Shown piece after piece: positions 42,364-58,832 of a stretch of 64,000 nucleotides of DNA. The stretch lies in NCBI RefSeq assembly GCF_009914755.1, contig NC_060929.1. One strand, given 5' to 3'. The first letter of the stretch is position 1, and every line of letters starts with the position of its first letter. Both the position numbers and the translations under genes were made by a program. Origin of the DNA: the human T2T-CHM13v2.0 reference genome, Homo sapiens. Below the pieces are notes generated by a model. That model did not search any database. It was given only the letters and a program-made list of their open reading frames with translations, and was not told the origin of the DNA.

Positions 42364-43207
42364 AGTTACAGAAAAAAGCAAACTCAGTTTCTTCTACTAT
42401 ACTTTTAAAACAGGAACACCTCCGTAACCAAATGTTTGGTGTTTTTCCTATACACCAAGAAGGCAATCAGTTCTCAGCAGATTCTCCAGTGGACACGAGG
42501 TGAGTGTCTAATTCAGTTTAATTGTGATACTATTGGCTGGAAGGTCACATAAGTTGAGGGCTCAGTCCCACAAGATTGTCCTCTACTTCAGATGCCAGTT
42601 GTTAAGTCTGGGCCTGCAGAACTTCTGGCCAATTGGCTATAATTTGGGGTTCCCATAACCTCTTCCTAGGGTTCAATTAATTTGCTAGAATGGCTCATAG
42701 AACTCAGGGAAACACTTCATTTATGTTTACTCATTTATTATGAAGGATATTACAGAGGATACAGATGAACAGCCAAATGGAAGAGATGCATAGGTCAAGG
42801 CATGTGACAAGGGTGCAGAGCTTCCATGCCTTCTCTGGGTGTGTCACCCTTTAGGAACCTCTGCATATTCCTTAAAGCCTCCTAGAACTCAGTCCTTTTG
42901 GGTGTTCATGGAGTCTTCATTACATAGGCATGATTAAGTATATCATTGGCCATTGGTCATCAGCTCAACATTTAGACTCTCCTCTCCCCAGAGGTTAGGG
43001 GGTGAAGCTTAAAGTCTTAACTCTTAAATCATGCCTTGGTCTTTATGATAACCATTCCCCCCATCTAGAAGCTGTCTAGGAGCCCCTAGCCACCAGTCAT
43101 CTCATTAGCATACAAAAGACACTCATATCACTCTGGAGATCCCAAGGGTTTTAGGAGAATTTTGCCAGGAAATGGGGAAGGTCAAATATATTTTTCATAA
43201 TATCACA
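42364..43207 (-). mobile_element. MER21-like solo LTR
   Basis: Ends ...tcataatatcaca (reverse tgtgatattatga). Internal gggctcagtcccacaagattgtcc and aatttgctagaatggctcatagaactcaggg. Confidence 0.75.
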
Positions 43208-43551
43208 GTGGGGGAAATACTTGAAGAATGAAACTGCTTGTTTAAAAAAACCTTCTTCCAAAGCTTCCAAGGCCTGCATTATGCTTTGCATTTTCTTTTA
43301 TGGCCAAGGAAACCCAAGCTGCACAAGTGAAGAGTGTTGAAGCCTGATTTTGACCTCAAATCTTCCCTTCTCTGTGGTAGGCCACTACAAGGCCAGTTCC
43401 ATGGAAATATATGGCAGCCCAATGGCATAGCAAAGATTAAAACATGACAGTAGCTGGATTATATGAAGTGCTCTGTCAATGCTAATAGCTGTGTTATGTT
43501 ACTATCATGTATAGAGGATAAAATATAATTTCTTACCTTTTTTAGGTTCTT

Positions 43552-43968
43552 AGTTACAGATACTTAGACAGACATGAGCAGGCAGGGGCAGGGGAGGGCT
43601 TTCCCTCACTCACTAGGAATGTCAGATGATGGTTTGGTGATTATCACATTGCCTCTCTAAAAGTGATAAATTGGCAGCTGGTGCCAAGGAGAGGTCATTT
43701 CCTGATGGTCCACACCTGTTGCCCTGAAGTATTAATCGAATGCAGGTGCCAAGGAGAAGCAACTTTCTGGGCATGCACATTAAGAGACAAAGTGGCAGAG
43801 TATAACCTTCCAAGGGCACACCACTAGAAAAAGGAAAAAAAAAAAACCCATATGGGCATGTATACAACTTCCTAAACACACTACGTGTGCTCACCTCCCA
43901 AGAGTAAGGAGGGCACTGCACATGTGGACAGCCCACCCTAAGAGAAGCGTCATGGGAAAGGGGCCAGC
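43552..43968 (+). mobile_element. MER50-like ERV1 LTR, 3'-truncated
   Basis: agacatgagcagg...ggaatgtcagatgatgg...cattaagagacaaagtggcagagtataacc. Confidence 0.6.
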
Positions 43969-44344
43969 TTCTTTCTGGAGCTTTCTCTGTGGATCATTTT
44001 CAGTGAACTGAAAATGCTATCATTAAACCTGGGTTTGGTCATAAACAGAACTGGCATTTTTCCCCTTCATTTTCTTAGCACATCTGAGACTAAATTTTTC
44101 TAAAAACATTTATATTTATTAATTAAGGAAGGTCAGTTTCTAGTTATAGCAGGATAAAGATGATCATGATTTCTCTTTGCAAAGCAAATACTAAACTGGG
44201 TGACATTGTCAAAACCAAACACTTAAGGGCACTGGAAATTGACCAAAGGTAGATAAAAAATTTAGAAGAGTTTATTCTGGAAAATGAAAGTATTTCAGCT
44301 AAGAACATGAGGCTCATATGGCCTGTGGCTCCTCCCATCCCCCT

Positions 44345-44540
44345 AGGGTTGCTAGATAAAATACCAGATGCCCAGTAAAACTTAAACTTTAGATAAATGG
44401 TAAATACTTTTTTAGTATAAGTATGTCCAAAATATTAAATGGGACATATTTGTATTTAAAAAATTACTCCTTGTTTATCTGGATTTCAAATTTAACTGGG
44501 AATGCTTAATTATTATTATTTTTTACCAAACCAGGTAGTC
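44345..44540 (+). mobile_element. MER53-like hAT MITE within old L1M sequence
   Basis: agggttgctagataaaataccagatgcccagtaaaactt...tcaaatttaactggg. Confidence 0.7.
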
Positions 44541-45093
44541 TTCCCCTCTGCACACCTCACCCCCAACAGCTGGATCAGTAAAGACATGGGGCTGTCATAG
44601 GAGATAGACTTAATTTGAGGTGGGAGGTGGGGGTAAAAACATGTGGCTTTGCCGTTAAAACTGATGAAACTGGTTGGGAACAGAAAAAAATCATTTGCTT
44701 TGCTAACTTGAGATTGCAGTTCTTTCTGGGGTGAGTAGTATTAGAAAAGCCAGAAACTTAATGGAAAGATCCTGGAAATGAGATCAGCTTTCCAAACATC
44801 CCTGGTTGAATAGAAAACTACACAGATGCATGGGGAGATCTGAGAGAGCTGGGAGAAAAATATATCCCAAGGGATACTTAACCAATTGCAAATGTGAGTA
44901 CATTCCCAGGCCACACACACACAATCAACAGAGAGGGTGGAAAGCTTTATGGACTTAAGATGTTTGAGTCCAAGCTCTATTCAAATCATTGACACAAGTG
45001 AAACCACTAAAAAGCCAGGGTAAAAAATGAAAATTAAGATTAAAAAACATGTCCAGAGACATCAGTGGCTGCATACCACAGAGAAGGCATATC

Positions 45094-45525
45094 TTTTTTT
45101 CCCTAATTTTATGTTCCAGGGGTACATGTGCAAGGTTGTTACATGGATAAATTGCGTGTTGCTGAGGCTTGGTGTACAAATGATCCCGTCACCGAGGTAA
45201 TGAGTATAATACCGGATAGATAAGCCTCCAACCCACCTCTGCTCTACCCTCCCCACCTCAAGAAGTCACCACTGTCTATTGTTCTCACCTTTGTGTCCAT
45301 GTGTATTCAATACTTAACTCCCACTTTTAAGAGAGATCATGCAGTATTTGGATTTCTGTTCCTGCATGAGTTCACTTAGGATAATGGCCTTCAGGTGCAT
45401 CCACATTGCTGCGAAGTACATGATTTCATCCTTTTTATGGTTGCATAGTATTCTGTGGTGTGTGTATACCACATTTTCTTTATCTAGTCCGCTGTCGATG
45501 GGCTTCTTGGTTGATTCCATGTTTA
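45094..45525 (-). mobile_element. L1PA/L1PB 3' fragment
   Basis: gggtacatgtgcaaggttgttacatgg...taccacattttctttatctagtcc. Confidence 0.85.
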
Positions 45526-45657
45526 GTATATATGATGATAACAGTATAAGGATGGAGGAGGAAATGGAGCTATAGTGAATCAAATTTGCTATATTTAATA
45601 AAGATTAAGTCAGTGTTAACCTGTAGTAGATTATGATGAGTTAATAATGCATAGTAG

Positions 45658-46660
<1,003 letters not shown>

Positions 46661-46891
46661 TTGTATGTCTAATAATTTTTGATTGATTGCTGCACATTTT
46701 GTATAAAACAGTAAAGCCTGAGGTCAGTAAGATTTATACCCACTTTTAGAGGACTACTGAAATCCCCAACTATAATGTCTCTTCTTCTTTGTTTTTTTAG
46801 TGTGGGGGCATTGAGCCAATCTGGTTTTTATTTAAGATGATTTTTGGTCTTGTTGCTATAACTACCATTAATGTATAACAGTCTTTAAATC

Positions 46892-47253
46892 TGTATTAGT
46901 CTGTTTTCATGCTGGTGATGAAGACATACCGGAAACTGGGTAATTTATAAAGAAAAAGAGGTTTAATGGACTCACAGTTCCACGTGGCTGAGGAGGTCTC
47001 ACAATCATGGCAGAAGGTGAAAGGTACCTCTTACACAGCAGCAGACAAGACAGAATGAGAACCAAGTGAAAGAGGTTTCCCCTTATAAAACCATCAGATC
47101 TTGTGAGACTTATTCACTATCATGAGAACAGTGTGGCAGAAACTGCCCCCATGACTCAATTATCTCTCACTGGGTCACTCCCATAACACGTGGGAATTAT
47201 GGGAGCTACAATTCAAGATGAGATTTCGGTGGAGACACGGCCAAACCATATCA
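46892..47253 (-). mobile_element. THE1B-like solo LTR
   Basis: tgtattagtc...ccaaaccatatca, with 5-bp TSD aaatc/aaacc. Confidence 0.93.
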
Positions 47254-50160
47254 AAACCCCTCTAATGGTAGACTACTGCTACAATGTACTGATTGTAAAT
47301 CCTAAGGTGCTAGAGGATTTTTCTCCATGTTTTCTCAGATTTAAGAAGCCCTGACTGCTTGAACCACTAAAGGGTCTCGCTATGCTCTTATCTTTCTTAT
47401 ACTGTATACTGCTATTGTTGGTTATTTGGTGGAAGGCTAAAGATGGGAGTGGATGGGGACTCTTAGTTGTCTTGGTCCAGCCTCACTTGGCTAGATCCTG
47501 GGTACCTGGGTCTCAGAAGTGTTTTTTTTTTTTTCAACATTCCTGTGCCCATGTGGTAGCCAAACCCTACTATCTATGAAGCACTTGGGGCAGGAGAGAG
47601 TTTCATCCTCCTCCTCCAGTGGTAGCTAACCTCTGTTTTCTGTCAGTACAGAAGGCTGGACCCCAGGGGGTTTCCTGTCCCTTCCCTAGTGTCAGCTAGC
47701 TATTGCTCTACTCTTCCCTCAGTAGCATTGTGCTTTTACTGGAGATCACGGACATGTGAATTGCCCTGTTTATCCCCACCCCAACCCCAGTGGTAGGTTG
47801 CTAACACTTGTTACTCTGTGCAAGGTTTATCGTGGAAATACGGAGGTTTCTGAGAAATCTCTTCAGAGTTTATCTTTGCCTGGGAATGAGGGAGGAAGGA
47901 AGGGTTCTCCACACCCTCCCAGTGATACTGGATTCTATCTATGACCAGAGGCAAGGAATTCTTGCCTGAGCTCTGGAGGCAAGAGGACTTATTTTGGTCC
48001 CTCACCCAGGGACCCAAAGCCCTTGGTTCCCATTTCAAGAATGGTCTCTCTTCAAGAAATGTGAGCAGATGGGGCTTTGTGTGTCTGTGGACTACTGAGA
48101 GTGGGGTACAAAGAGCGTGTGAGGCAGTGCTGACTTTCTAGTGTTGGGATGAACCAGGAGTCTAAACCATTGCTTTCACCCACCCGTGGCCTTTAAGGAT
48201 TTGTTAAAATTTGATGTTTTCTTTTTACCCTCCCATAAGGTGGTTGCGTTTTCATGCTGTGCCTTGCCAAAGGTAAAGCCATTCATGCACCTGATCTCTT
48301 CTCAGAGTGGCCTGTCATCTGAAATTTAGTGCACTTGTTTGCCTTGCTACCTTAGCTCGCTGCTGAGCTCAAGGCAAATCATGATTTTATTGATTGTCCA
48401 GCTTTGTTCCTGTTTATGTGAAAGCCACATTATTTTGTGGCTTTCTACATCTAAGTGCAAGTGAAACTGGATCCTCCTTTAATTAGTGTCTTCCACTTCC
48501 AACTTTCTTCTTGAGTCTTCTGTTCCATTAGTAGCTATCAGCTTCTCATTCTTTTTGGAAGAAGATATCATTTGGTCTTTATACAACTGAAAAGAAACAA
48601 GCCATTAAGAAACCTTAGCTTTCCTTCTTAAGAGTTGAGTAAATAAATCTTCTAAAAGTCATATTCTCAGTTTAAAATTTTAGTATTTCAATACTGCATT
48701 GTTAAATAATTGCTTTTAAAAAGAGGATCATGAGAAAATGGGGAACATGGTTGTAGATTTTGACTGGCATCTGCTTTTAGTAATTTTAGATTCCTTATAG
48801 TTGTTTAATTAGACACCTCATATTGTATAGAATATGTTTTTTAAAATGTTACAACTTTTTGTATGACTTAGATGTATTCACTATAAGCATTTGGAGGAGA
48901 GTAGTTGAAAGAGCATTTGGAAGAGTCTGGCTTTAGCCACTACATGAAATTTTATTTGATCTTAATAACAAATGACGTTAAAAATGAAATAAGAAGCTTC
49001 CCGTTTTCTAATTTTTAGTTCTTTTGGCATGATACAATGAAAAGAAATCCAAGAAGAGTGCATTGAGTGGGATGATGTAATGTGAAATGCCAACAAAACT
49101 AATGACTTAATAATGGAAAAAATAGGAGGCTGTTTTATAATTCAAATATTAAGAAAAGTAGCTTATTCATTTTGATAGAAGAAAAATTTTGATGGTTTTT
49201 TTCTCTTAATGACTAATGAGTTAGCTTTAGAATTTGTATTTCATCTGGGAGTAAAGTCCTACTTAACAGATAAAGCAAATAGTTCGCATGAACTTCTGAC
49301 CAATTTCTAAAGCATTAAATGTTTAGAGATGTAGTATTATACCAACAAGCCAATAAAAAACTCACGAAAATGAATCTTAGGAAGAAAATAATTGGTTTAA
49401 ATGCCCGTAACAATTTGTGGAGGTCCAAGATACCAAAACACAGAGAGGTAACTGTCTTTGCAAATCAGAGGTTTTATTTATTTTTTTGTTTATTTATTTG
49501 TTCTGTATTTCTTTATGAGTCTTACCCACACAACCTCACACATAAACTCACTTCACAGCCATAGTAATACTGTTGCAGAGAGGAATGCAGAGCCTTACAC
49601 ATACACAGTTTGATACTGAAACACAAGAGTAATTATTCAACACCCGCTATGTGACGGGCAGGCTCAGTGTAAGACGCAGTGAATACAAAGATGAGACACA
49701 ACGTCTACTGGGAAGCATGCTCTTTAAACTTTCTGTGTTTGGGTAAAAGTATACATCCATGAAACCCCCACCAAACCAATGCCATACACTCATCCATCAC
49801 CTAGGAGGTTTGATTTAAAACCCACTCTCAAAAGCTCTAGCTTTTCAGTTTTTATCTGTAAGGCCAAATTACATCTGCATAGAATTCAATCTGGGTGATG
49901 ATTGGCTGTTTAATGTTGAATTTTCAGGCTTTGTTTAGATACAGAATAAACACAGTCTTCACATAGGACCTTATTTTTTAAATTATATGTTTCTTTTACT
50001 CCCTAGGTTTTATTGAGTCATCTATTACTCCTATCTACAAATTCTAGGATCTTCCTAGAGGAAGATTCTTTTTGGTTTCTGATTCAGTAACACAGACAGG
50101 CCTGGTGAGAACTGCAGGCTCTGCTCCTGACTCCCTGGCTTCTCTGATTTTATTAAGTAG

Positions 50161-51495
<1,335 letters not shown>

Positions 51496-52009
51496 ACAGA
51501 TAACCAGTTTGATTTGGATACATAAATATGAATGTTTTGGATTCATAGAAAATTTCTACCTTCATTACCCTGTACATAATCCATTTGAATCACTCACATT
51601 CCTATGGTCCCCAGCAGGGCTTAAATGCTTCCCATGTATGCACAGTATAAATCAAGTTTGTGTTGTGAATTTCCTAGAAGGAGACAAGCTTCCTGCTTAG
51701 GCATGTGACATGTTCTGGGCTCAGAGAGAAGAACAGCAGGATAAGAGAATTTCTAGACCTGTGTGCTCCTCACATTATTGAGTGAATGAGTCCCTAGCTA
51801 TAGCTACCCTTCTGAATGAGGCTCTGAGACAACATTCATTTTTAGACACAATACCATGATACACTTTCCCTGGCAGGATATTTGCAGTTCTTCCCAGGGA
51901 TTAGAGACTTTGTCTCAATGTGTCTCAGCTTCAGTAACCCTTGTGATTCCATTCTAATGGGATACATTGAGTATAATGATGCAATTTATTGAGAATATAT
52001 TGTGGCACA

Positions 52010-52220
52010 ATAATAATAATAATAATAAGACTAATACCTAGGATTTATGGCATAATTATGTTCCAGGAAGTGTTCTAATCACGTTTCACTTATTAACTCA
52101 TTTAATTCTTAACCAGCCATATAACATAGGTACCATAATTAACCCCATTTTTAGATAAGGAAACTGAGGTTAAATAGCTTGCCTGGGGTCATATGGCTAT
52201 TATTTGGAGGAGCCTGGATT
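52010..52220 (-). mobile_element. MIR SINE
   Basis: ccccatttttagataaggaaactgaggttaaatagcttgcc. Confidence 0.75.
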
Positions 52221-53134
52221 TTAAAAAAATCTGTTGGGAAACAACTTATTTTCTTGAGAGTTGGCTTGCACTATAGAACAATGAAAGATCTACCAGTCTG
52301 TTTCTTATATGTCACCCTTGGCCCACCTCCCCATCCCCGGCTAGGCTAGTCTCTCCTTGTGCTCTGAGTTCCTCATTTCTGTCCTACCCTTCCTCTCAAT
52401 CACCCACATATTGCAGTTTACAATCTGTGCATTTTAGGGTGAAAGTAGAAAGCTCTGGCCCTAAAGTAGGCAAGGCAGTCTAAGCATGAATCTGTTTTTG
52501 AAGGCTTTAGTCTGCTTTGAAGACAAAGATGGATTTGGTGGAGCGGGAGGGGATTGGAGGCTTAGTACTTCCAGGATTGAAGGAAGACGCATCCATCCAG
52601 GAGCATTTTGAGTACTTCCCCGGCTGGAATGGGGAGAGGTTGGGAGTCTTTGAGCGCTTAGTGCCTCTGAGGTGGGGGGAAATGGTGCTTGCATGGCGAG
52701 CCCACGGAGAGCTGTGGCCTTTAGAGTGGAGGCAAAGGTCCCCAAGGTCAAACTTGGCCTGGGGGCAGCAGAATTGTCGGAAGAACTACCTTTACCTAAA
52801 TGGACTTGGTTTGGGCCAGAAGCAGGTCAATGCTGAGCACACAGCTGAGGAACAGGCCCTTCCTTGTGACCCAGGGCCCATAAAAACTCTGGGTTTTTGC
52901 ATGGTATAAGGTGTATGGAGGAAGAGCTGAAAATTGGCTGTTATATTTGCCTGGAAATCATGATTTTACCACTTTGAAAATTATACTGTAAAAATATGTT
53001 AAACACTTTATATTCACATTAAGAGATTCAACGGATAAAACACAATACCTCAGGTAATCTTTTAAAAAATCCATCTGTTATTTAAATTTCCCTTGTGAAA
53101 AAAATTATTTTTTAATGTGTTAAACTGAAAGCTG

Positions 53135-53137
<3 letters not shown>

Positions 53138-53168
<31 letters not shown>
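53138..53168. repeat. (CA)n microsatellite
   Basis: Perfect AC run. Confidence 0.97.
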
Positions 53169-53170
<2 letters not shown>

Positions 53171-54812
53171 AATTATTTAGTTGTATGTGCACATTTACTA
53201 TGGAGAAATGTGACATTATTTGCATCTTGAGTGCCCTGAATCCAAATACCCTTGTTTCAGTAGACCTTGGCTTTTCCTCATCTTTCAGGTTAGCCCAGAT
53301 GAGTCTCAGGTTTGATGGAAAAGATGGCTAGCTGTCAATTACTGAATAATCTTATATAATCAGAGGAGACCTTGTGAAATCATCCTGGGAAAACATTCTT
53401 TAGAGGATAAGAATTTTGGTAGCAGTTATATGTCTAGACTCTCCAGTTACTACTGAAGGTAACACTATTTTTTCAAAGGCCGTTGTTGCTAAATTTAGTT
53501 CAAAATATTTCATGTCAGTAAGGAATAAAGTGAGAAAATACAGCCTGTGAGTTTACCTTTAATACAACAGAGTGTGATATAAACAACTGTGAAGTCTTAT
53601 TTTTATTTAGCTGTATCCAGCCCACATGTAGTTTCCATCAGCCTGAGAAATGTTCCCAATGTAATTTCCTAGTGTTGAATTATCTTAGATCAATCATAAC
53701 TGTACCTTTTAGAACATGTCTAAGGCCAGTCAAGCATCCTTCAGTTTAGCACATTAAAAAAAAGACAGTTTTTTTTTTCACAAGGGAAATTTCAATAACA
53801 GATGGATTTTTAAAAGATGGCCTGAGGCCTTGTGTTATATCACGTGAATCTCTTAATGTGAGTGTAAAGTCTTTAACATATTTTTGAAGTATAATTTTCA
53901 AAGAGGTAAAATCATGATTCCCAAGCAAAAATATAATGAACATGTATCACTGATTTAACTCATTAATTAATGAAGGAGCCAGTTAGATGTTAATATTGGT
54001 TCAAAGAACATTTAAGGAGCTCGGGCATTTATGAACAATTTAATAAAAACATATTATGATAAGATTGCTGAGTTAGCTGTAAAACTGTTTAACGTACAGC
54101 AGGCTGTAAATCTTTGGGGTTATCTGTTCCATTGAACAGAAATCTACAAGGTAGGGAAAGGGTCCTAGACTAGTCTAGGACCTTTAATCAGCAGTAAACA
54201 GTGCATTCCCCTAGACAATTCTTGGGTGCTGATTGGCTCCATAAGATTCTGAAAGTATGTGCCATGCACCATTTTTTTTTTGGCCTTATTTCCAACTTTC
54301 AGATAAATTGTCTGACATATTGTTTCCAAAGGAGTATTGACTCAGCTTATTTCTGTGACTCCAGATCCTTTCTGAGACTGGTGGAAATGACCCACTTAGG
54401 CATGCTTTCCTTACATGTTCCTGCCCTCCCAGTGGGGGTTAGTGGCTACATATATGTGGGGGGCAAGGATGCTTCCTTGGCTATTGAACAGGGCAAAGTT
54501 GATGGTGAACACCTACATTGGCAAAACACCTTCAAAACATTGCAGTGTCCTAAGGAATTTTAGGTTCTCATTTTAATAACAGATGAATGACATAGGCATA
54601 GAGTCTACATCTTCTTTTCGAGTGAGCTTCCAAAATTTTAGAGGTGCCAATGAGTTCTTCACCAGAAGGGTTATTAAATGAACTGTTTTATAGCTTAGGA
54701 GTCAGGAGCCCAGGAGCTGGATTCAAAGAAATCAGAGTTCCACCATTGGTATACCACTTATTCACTGTGTCATTCTGGCCAGCTTCTTAGCCTCTGAGGG
54801 CTTCAGTCTTTT

Positions 54813-55184
<372 letters not shown>

Positions 55185-55249
55185 TAACTATGCTCACTGG
55201 ACAACAGTTGTTCAGTAATAAAAAATAAATAAGAAATTGTGACTATTGA

Positions 55250-55655
55250 TGTATTAGAATATTCTTGCATCTTTATAACAAATACGTAAGGCTGTTTATA
55301 AAGAAAAGAAGTTTAATTGGCTTATGGTCCTGCAGGCTGTACAGGAAGCACAGTGGCTTCTGGGGAGGCCTCAGGGAGTTTTTACTGCGGTGGAAGGTGA
55401 AGGGGGAGCAGGCATGTCACATGGTGAGATAAGGAGCAAGAGAGGGAGAAGGGGAGGTCCTAAACTTTTTTAAGCAACAAGATCTCACGTGAACTCACTA
55501 ACCGAGAACTCACTTATCACCAAGGGGATGGTGCTAAACTGTTCATGAGGGACCCACCCCCATGACCCGGTTACCTCCTACCACGCCCTACCTACAACTT
55601 TGGGAATCATATTTCAACAGGAGATTTGAAGGGAACAAAGTTCCAAATGATATTA
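55250..55655 (-). mobile_element. MSTA-like solo LTR
   Basis: tgtattag...gcaggctgtacaggaagc...ggggaggcctcagggagtt. Confidence 0.88.
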
Positions 55656-57279
55656 ACTGGTTCTAGATCCAGACACTGTACTAGGTAACCTAGGTCTTGG
55701 GCATTTAAGAGGTGACATGGCCCTACACCTGGAGATAAGTAGTCTCCATTAGGAAGAGAGAGAGATTCCTATCAATAACTATGATACAAAGTGTTTTCGT
55801 AGAGGGTCTGTATGTATTTCACAGAGCTGTGGATGTACTGGGGACAAAGCCATTAACTCTGCTTAGCAAGGGAATGGTATTTTGAAGATTGTACCAGGAG
55901 ATGACTTTCAATACGGGCTTTGAAGGAATGGAAACCGGGGCCTAAATCATGGGTCAGCAAACTGTTTCTATAAAGCATTAGATAGGAGATATTGTAGGTT
56001 TTATGGGTCATATGACCTCTGTCTACCCCAAGCATATTGTCAAAATTATAGGAGGTCATAACTCTCCTGTAGCCTGCACTGCTCCAGGCACATATGGAGA
56101 ATTCTTTTAAAAATTCTGGATGCCACATCCTAAGAGATAAACATGGATAAACATATTATGTGAAGAGCATTATGGCCAGAGAGGTGAAGAATGTGTAAAT
56201 TATATGCTACAAGGTTGCTGGCCATATAATTTGTGGTCCAAACTAGGATACATTTGAGAGTAAAAGGGGACTGTTAGAAAAATTATCTAAAACTTGAAAA
56301 TAAGAGAATGGTCATATGTCTTTCATCCTATTGCGGCATTATTTATCAGGACTGCCTAAAGATTATTTGATTTCCTAGAAGGATGTGCCTTTGTTTGACT
56401 TTGCTCTTCACTATTTGTTTAGAACTCAGACACTGTGAAATCTATTTTATAGATTTCCATCTAGCAGAAAAGATAACACCAAAGATTATTGTTCATTCCC
56501 CTTAGAGGATTAATCAGTTTATATCTAAACTAGCAAACTTAGTCTAGCATTCTTTTCTCTCAAAATACCTATAAAAATCCAGTTCTATTTTCTTATTTGT
56601 TCCTCCATTAGATTAAGTTGAATAAAATATTTGGCATGCATTCAGTCTACATGTGTACGAATGTCATATTTTAACTTTTTGAACTTTTCACTGTGACAAG
56701 GTGCTACTAATTATTATACTGGGAAAACAAGGATAACCAGGACTATTCCAGGACAACAAGGCTGTATAGTCACCCTAAATATGAGAAATGTTTGAAGGAA
56801 TTCAGAGTATTTATCCTGAAGAAGGCAGAATGTGGGATGTTTGACAGGGGATTTGAGTGGCAAAATGTTATATTTTTGTGTACTTTGAAGGCCTTCAGGG
56901 ATAAGGAGGCAGCCTGTATGTGGGTACCAGAAGAGACAGGAAGACAGTGGCAACAGTTCATAGTTCTTTGGTGTTGAAGCAGACCAAGAGTGAGGCCCTT
57001 GTGCAGTGCTTTGGTGAGTGGGTCTATGGCAGACCTGTCACCCTGTGGTTCAGCTACCTGGGACCTGGAGAAGCTGGGACCTGGAGGACAATGTGGCTGG
57101 GGAAACCAACTCTGCCAAAAAGGCTTACAGGGATTAAGCATCTTACCCATAGCTTGACAGGTTGGAATTCAGACCTTGGTTTCTAGGCTTCCAGGCTAGT
57201 GTCCATCCCACCACTGCATCCCAGCTGAATCCTCCCATTTCAACTTTGCATAGTTGAGTTTTGTTAAGTATGTTTGTAC

Positions 57280-57721
57280 TGTTAAATATAATTATGGGAG
57301 GCCATTGTTTTGGAATGAGCTCCTGCACTAAGGCCCCAACAGACCGGACAAATCAAAGTGGAGTCATTCATGCTAAATGCCACATAGTCAAACTGAAACT
57401 TTAAGGAAGGAAATAGATCCCCAAACAGACTCATTTTTTTTCCTTCATAACAGGAGATTCCATTCTACCTGAGTCAACACAATAAGGAAGTCTTTTCTGC
57501 TTTAACTCTCACAAAAAAGTAACCTGTTTTAACCTGATGTTAACCAGTCAGACTATTGTTCTGTTTCCTTGTTCCTACTTTATAAAACCTACGCTCTGCT
57601 TTTGCTCACAGATAGCTCTCATTCTGTTGTGTAGAATGGAGGCTGCTCTGGTTCATGAGTTGTAAAAAAGCACCAATTAGATCTTTAACTAAATTTGTTG
57701 TCATTTTGTTTTTTTTTGACA
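57280..57721 (+). mobile_element. ERV1 solo LTR (MER31/MER67-like)
   Basis: TG...CA termini, 4-bp TSD gtac, and ggaggccattgttttgga...gagctcctgcactaaggccccaacagacc. Confidence 0.75.
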
Positions 57722-58109
57722 GTACTGTTATGTATTGTTGTAATTTTGCTTTTTTTTGACAGTACTGTTATGTATGTATGTATTGCATATGTATATATTT
57801 CCAAGCATTGAAGGAGTCTAGTTTAAAACAACAGAAATAATCTGAGTTGAGCTTCCCAATGACTAAATTCAATTAATCACATTAAGGTATTATAATGTAT
57901 ACTGCCATTACAAGAAAGATACATTTTTAGCTTTGCCAAAGAAATTGCGCATAATAATATGAAATGTTATTATCATTATATGCCAGAGTATATTCTAGAA
58001 TATTCATATTTGTATAATGTGTGTACCTATGTATTTGTAGGTATGTATTGATATATTTAATTGCAGAACCTTCAGAGCTGTCAAGTCCTGATTTTAAATG
58101 AGTAAGACT

Positions 58110-58832
58110 TGTCATCACTCAATGGGTTCATCTTGCCTACTGCCCAGAAAAACCAAGGCACTGGGAACAGCAGGTTTTTGCAATAGAGAAAGAGTTTAAT
58201 AATCACAGGACTGGCCAAGTGTGAAGACAGGAGTTTATTATTACTCAAATCAGCTTCCTGAATATTCAGAGACTAGAGCTTTTTAAGGATAATTTGGTGG
58301 ACGGGTGTGGCTAGGGAATGGGGAATACTGATTGGTTGGGTCAGGGATGAAATCATAGGGGGTTGTAACTGTCTTTTTGTTGTCTTCATTTCCTGAGTAG
58401 GATCACAAAACCAGTTAGGTGAGTTTAGCTGGTCTATCAGAATTCAGGGGCTGAAAAATACCTCAATCACCAACCTTAGGTTTTACCATAGGGATGTTAT
58501 CTATAGGACCTACTGGGGAGGTTAGGAATCTTGTAGCCTTTGGCTGCATGACTCCTGAGCCATAATTCTACACTGTGGCTCATCTGTTAGTTTTCCAAAG
58601 GCAGTTTTTGTCCCTAAGCAAGGAGATAGTTTCAGGAAGTGGCTGTTATCATCTTTGTTTTAAAGTTAAACTAAACTCCTTTCATAGTTAACTTGGCCTA
58701 TGCACAGAAATGAACAGGGATAGCTTGGAGGTTAGAAGTAAGATGGATTCAGTTAGGGCAGATTTCTTTCACCATCATAATTTTTTATGTTGTATTTCTC
58801 TCCCTGCCACAATTTTTGCAAAGGTGATTTCA
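58110..58832 (-). mobile_element. LTR8-family solo LTR
   Basis: Reverse start tgaaatcacctttgcaaaaatt, with 4-bp TSD gact (58106-58109 / 58833-58836). Confidence 0.88.

Noticed and set aside
52517-52909. 130-aa ORF in apparently unique DNA
   Set aside because: TTG start, no recognisable domain and no clear splice context.
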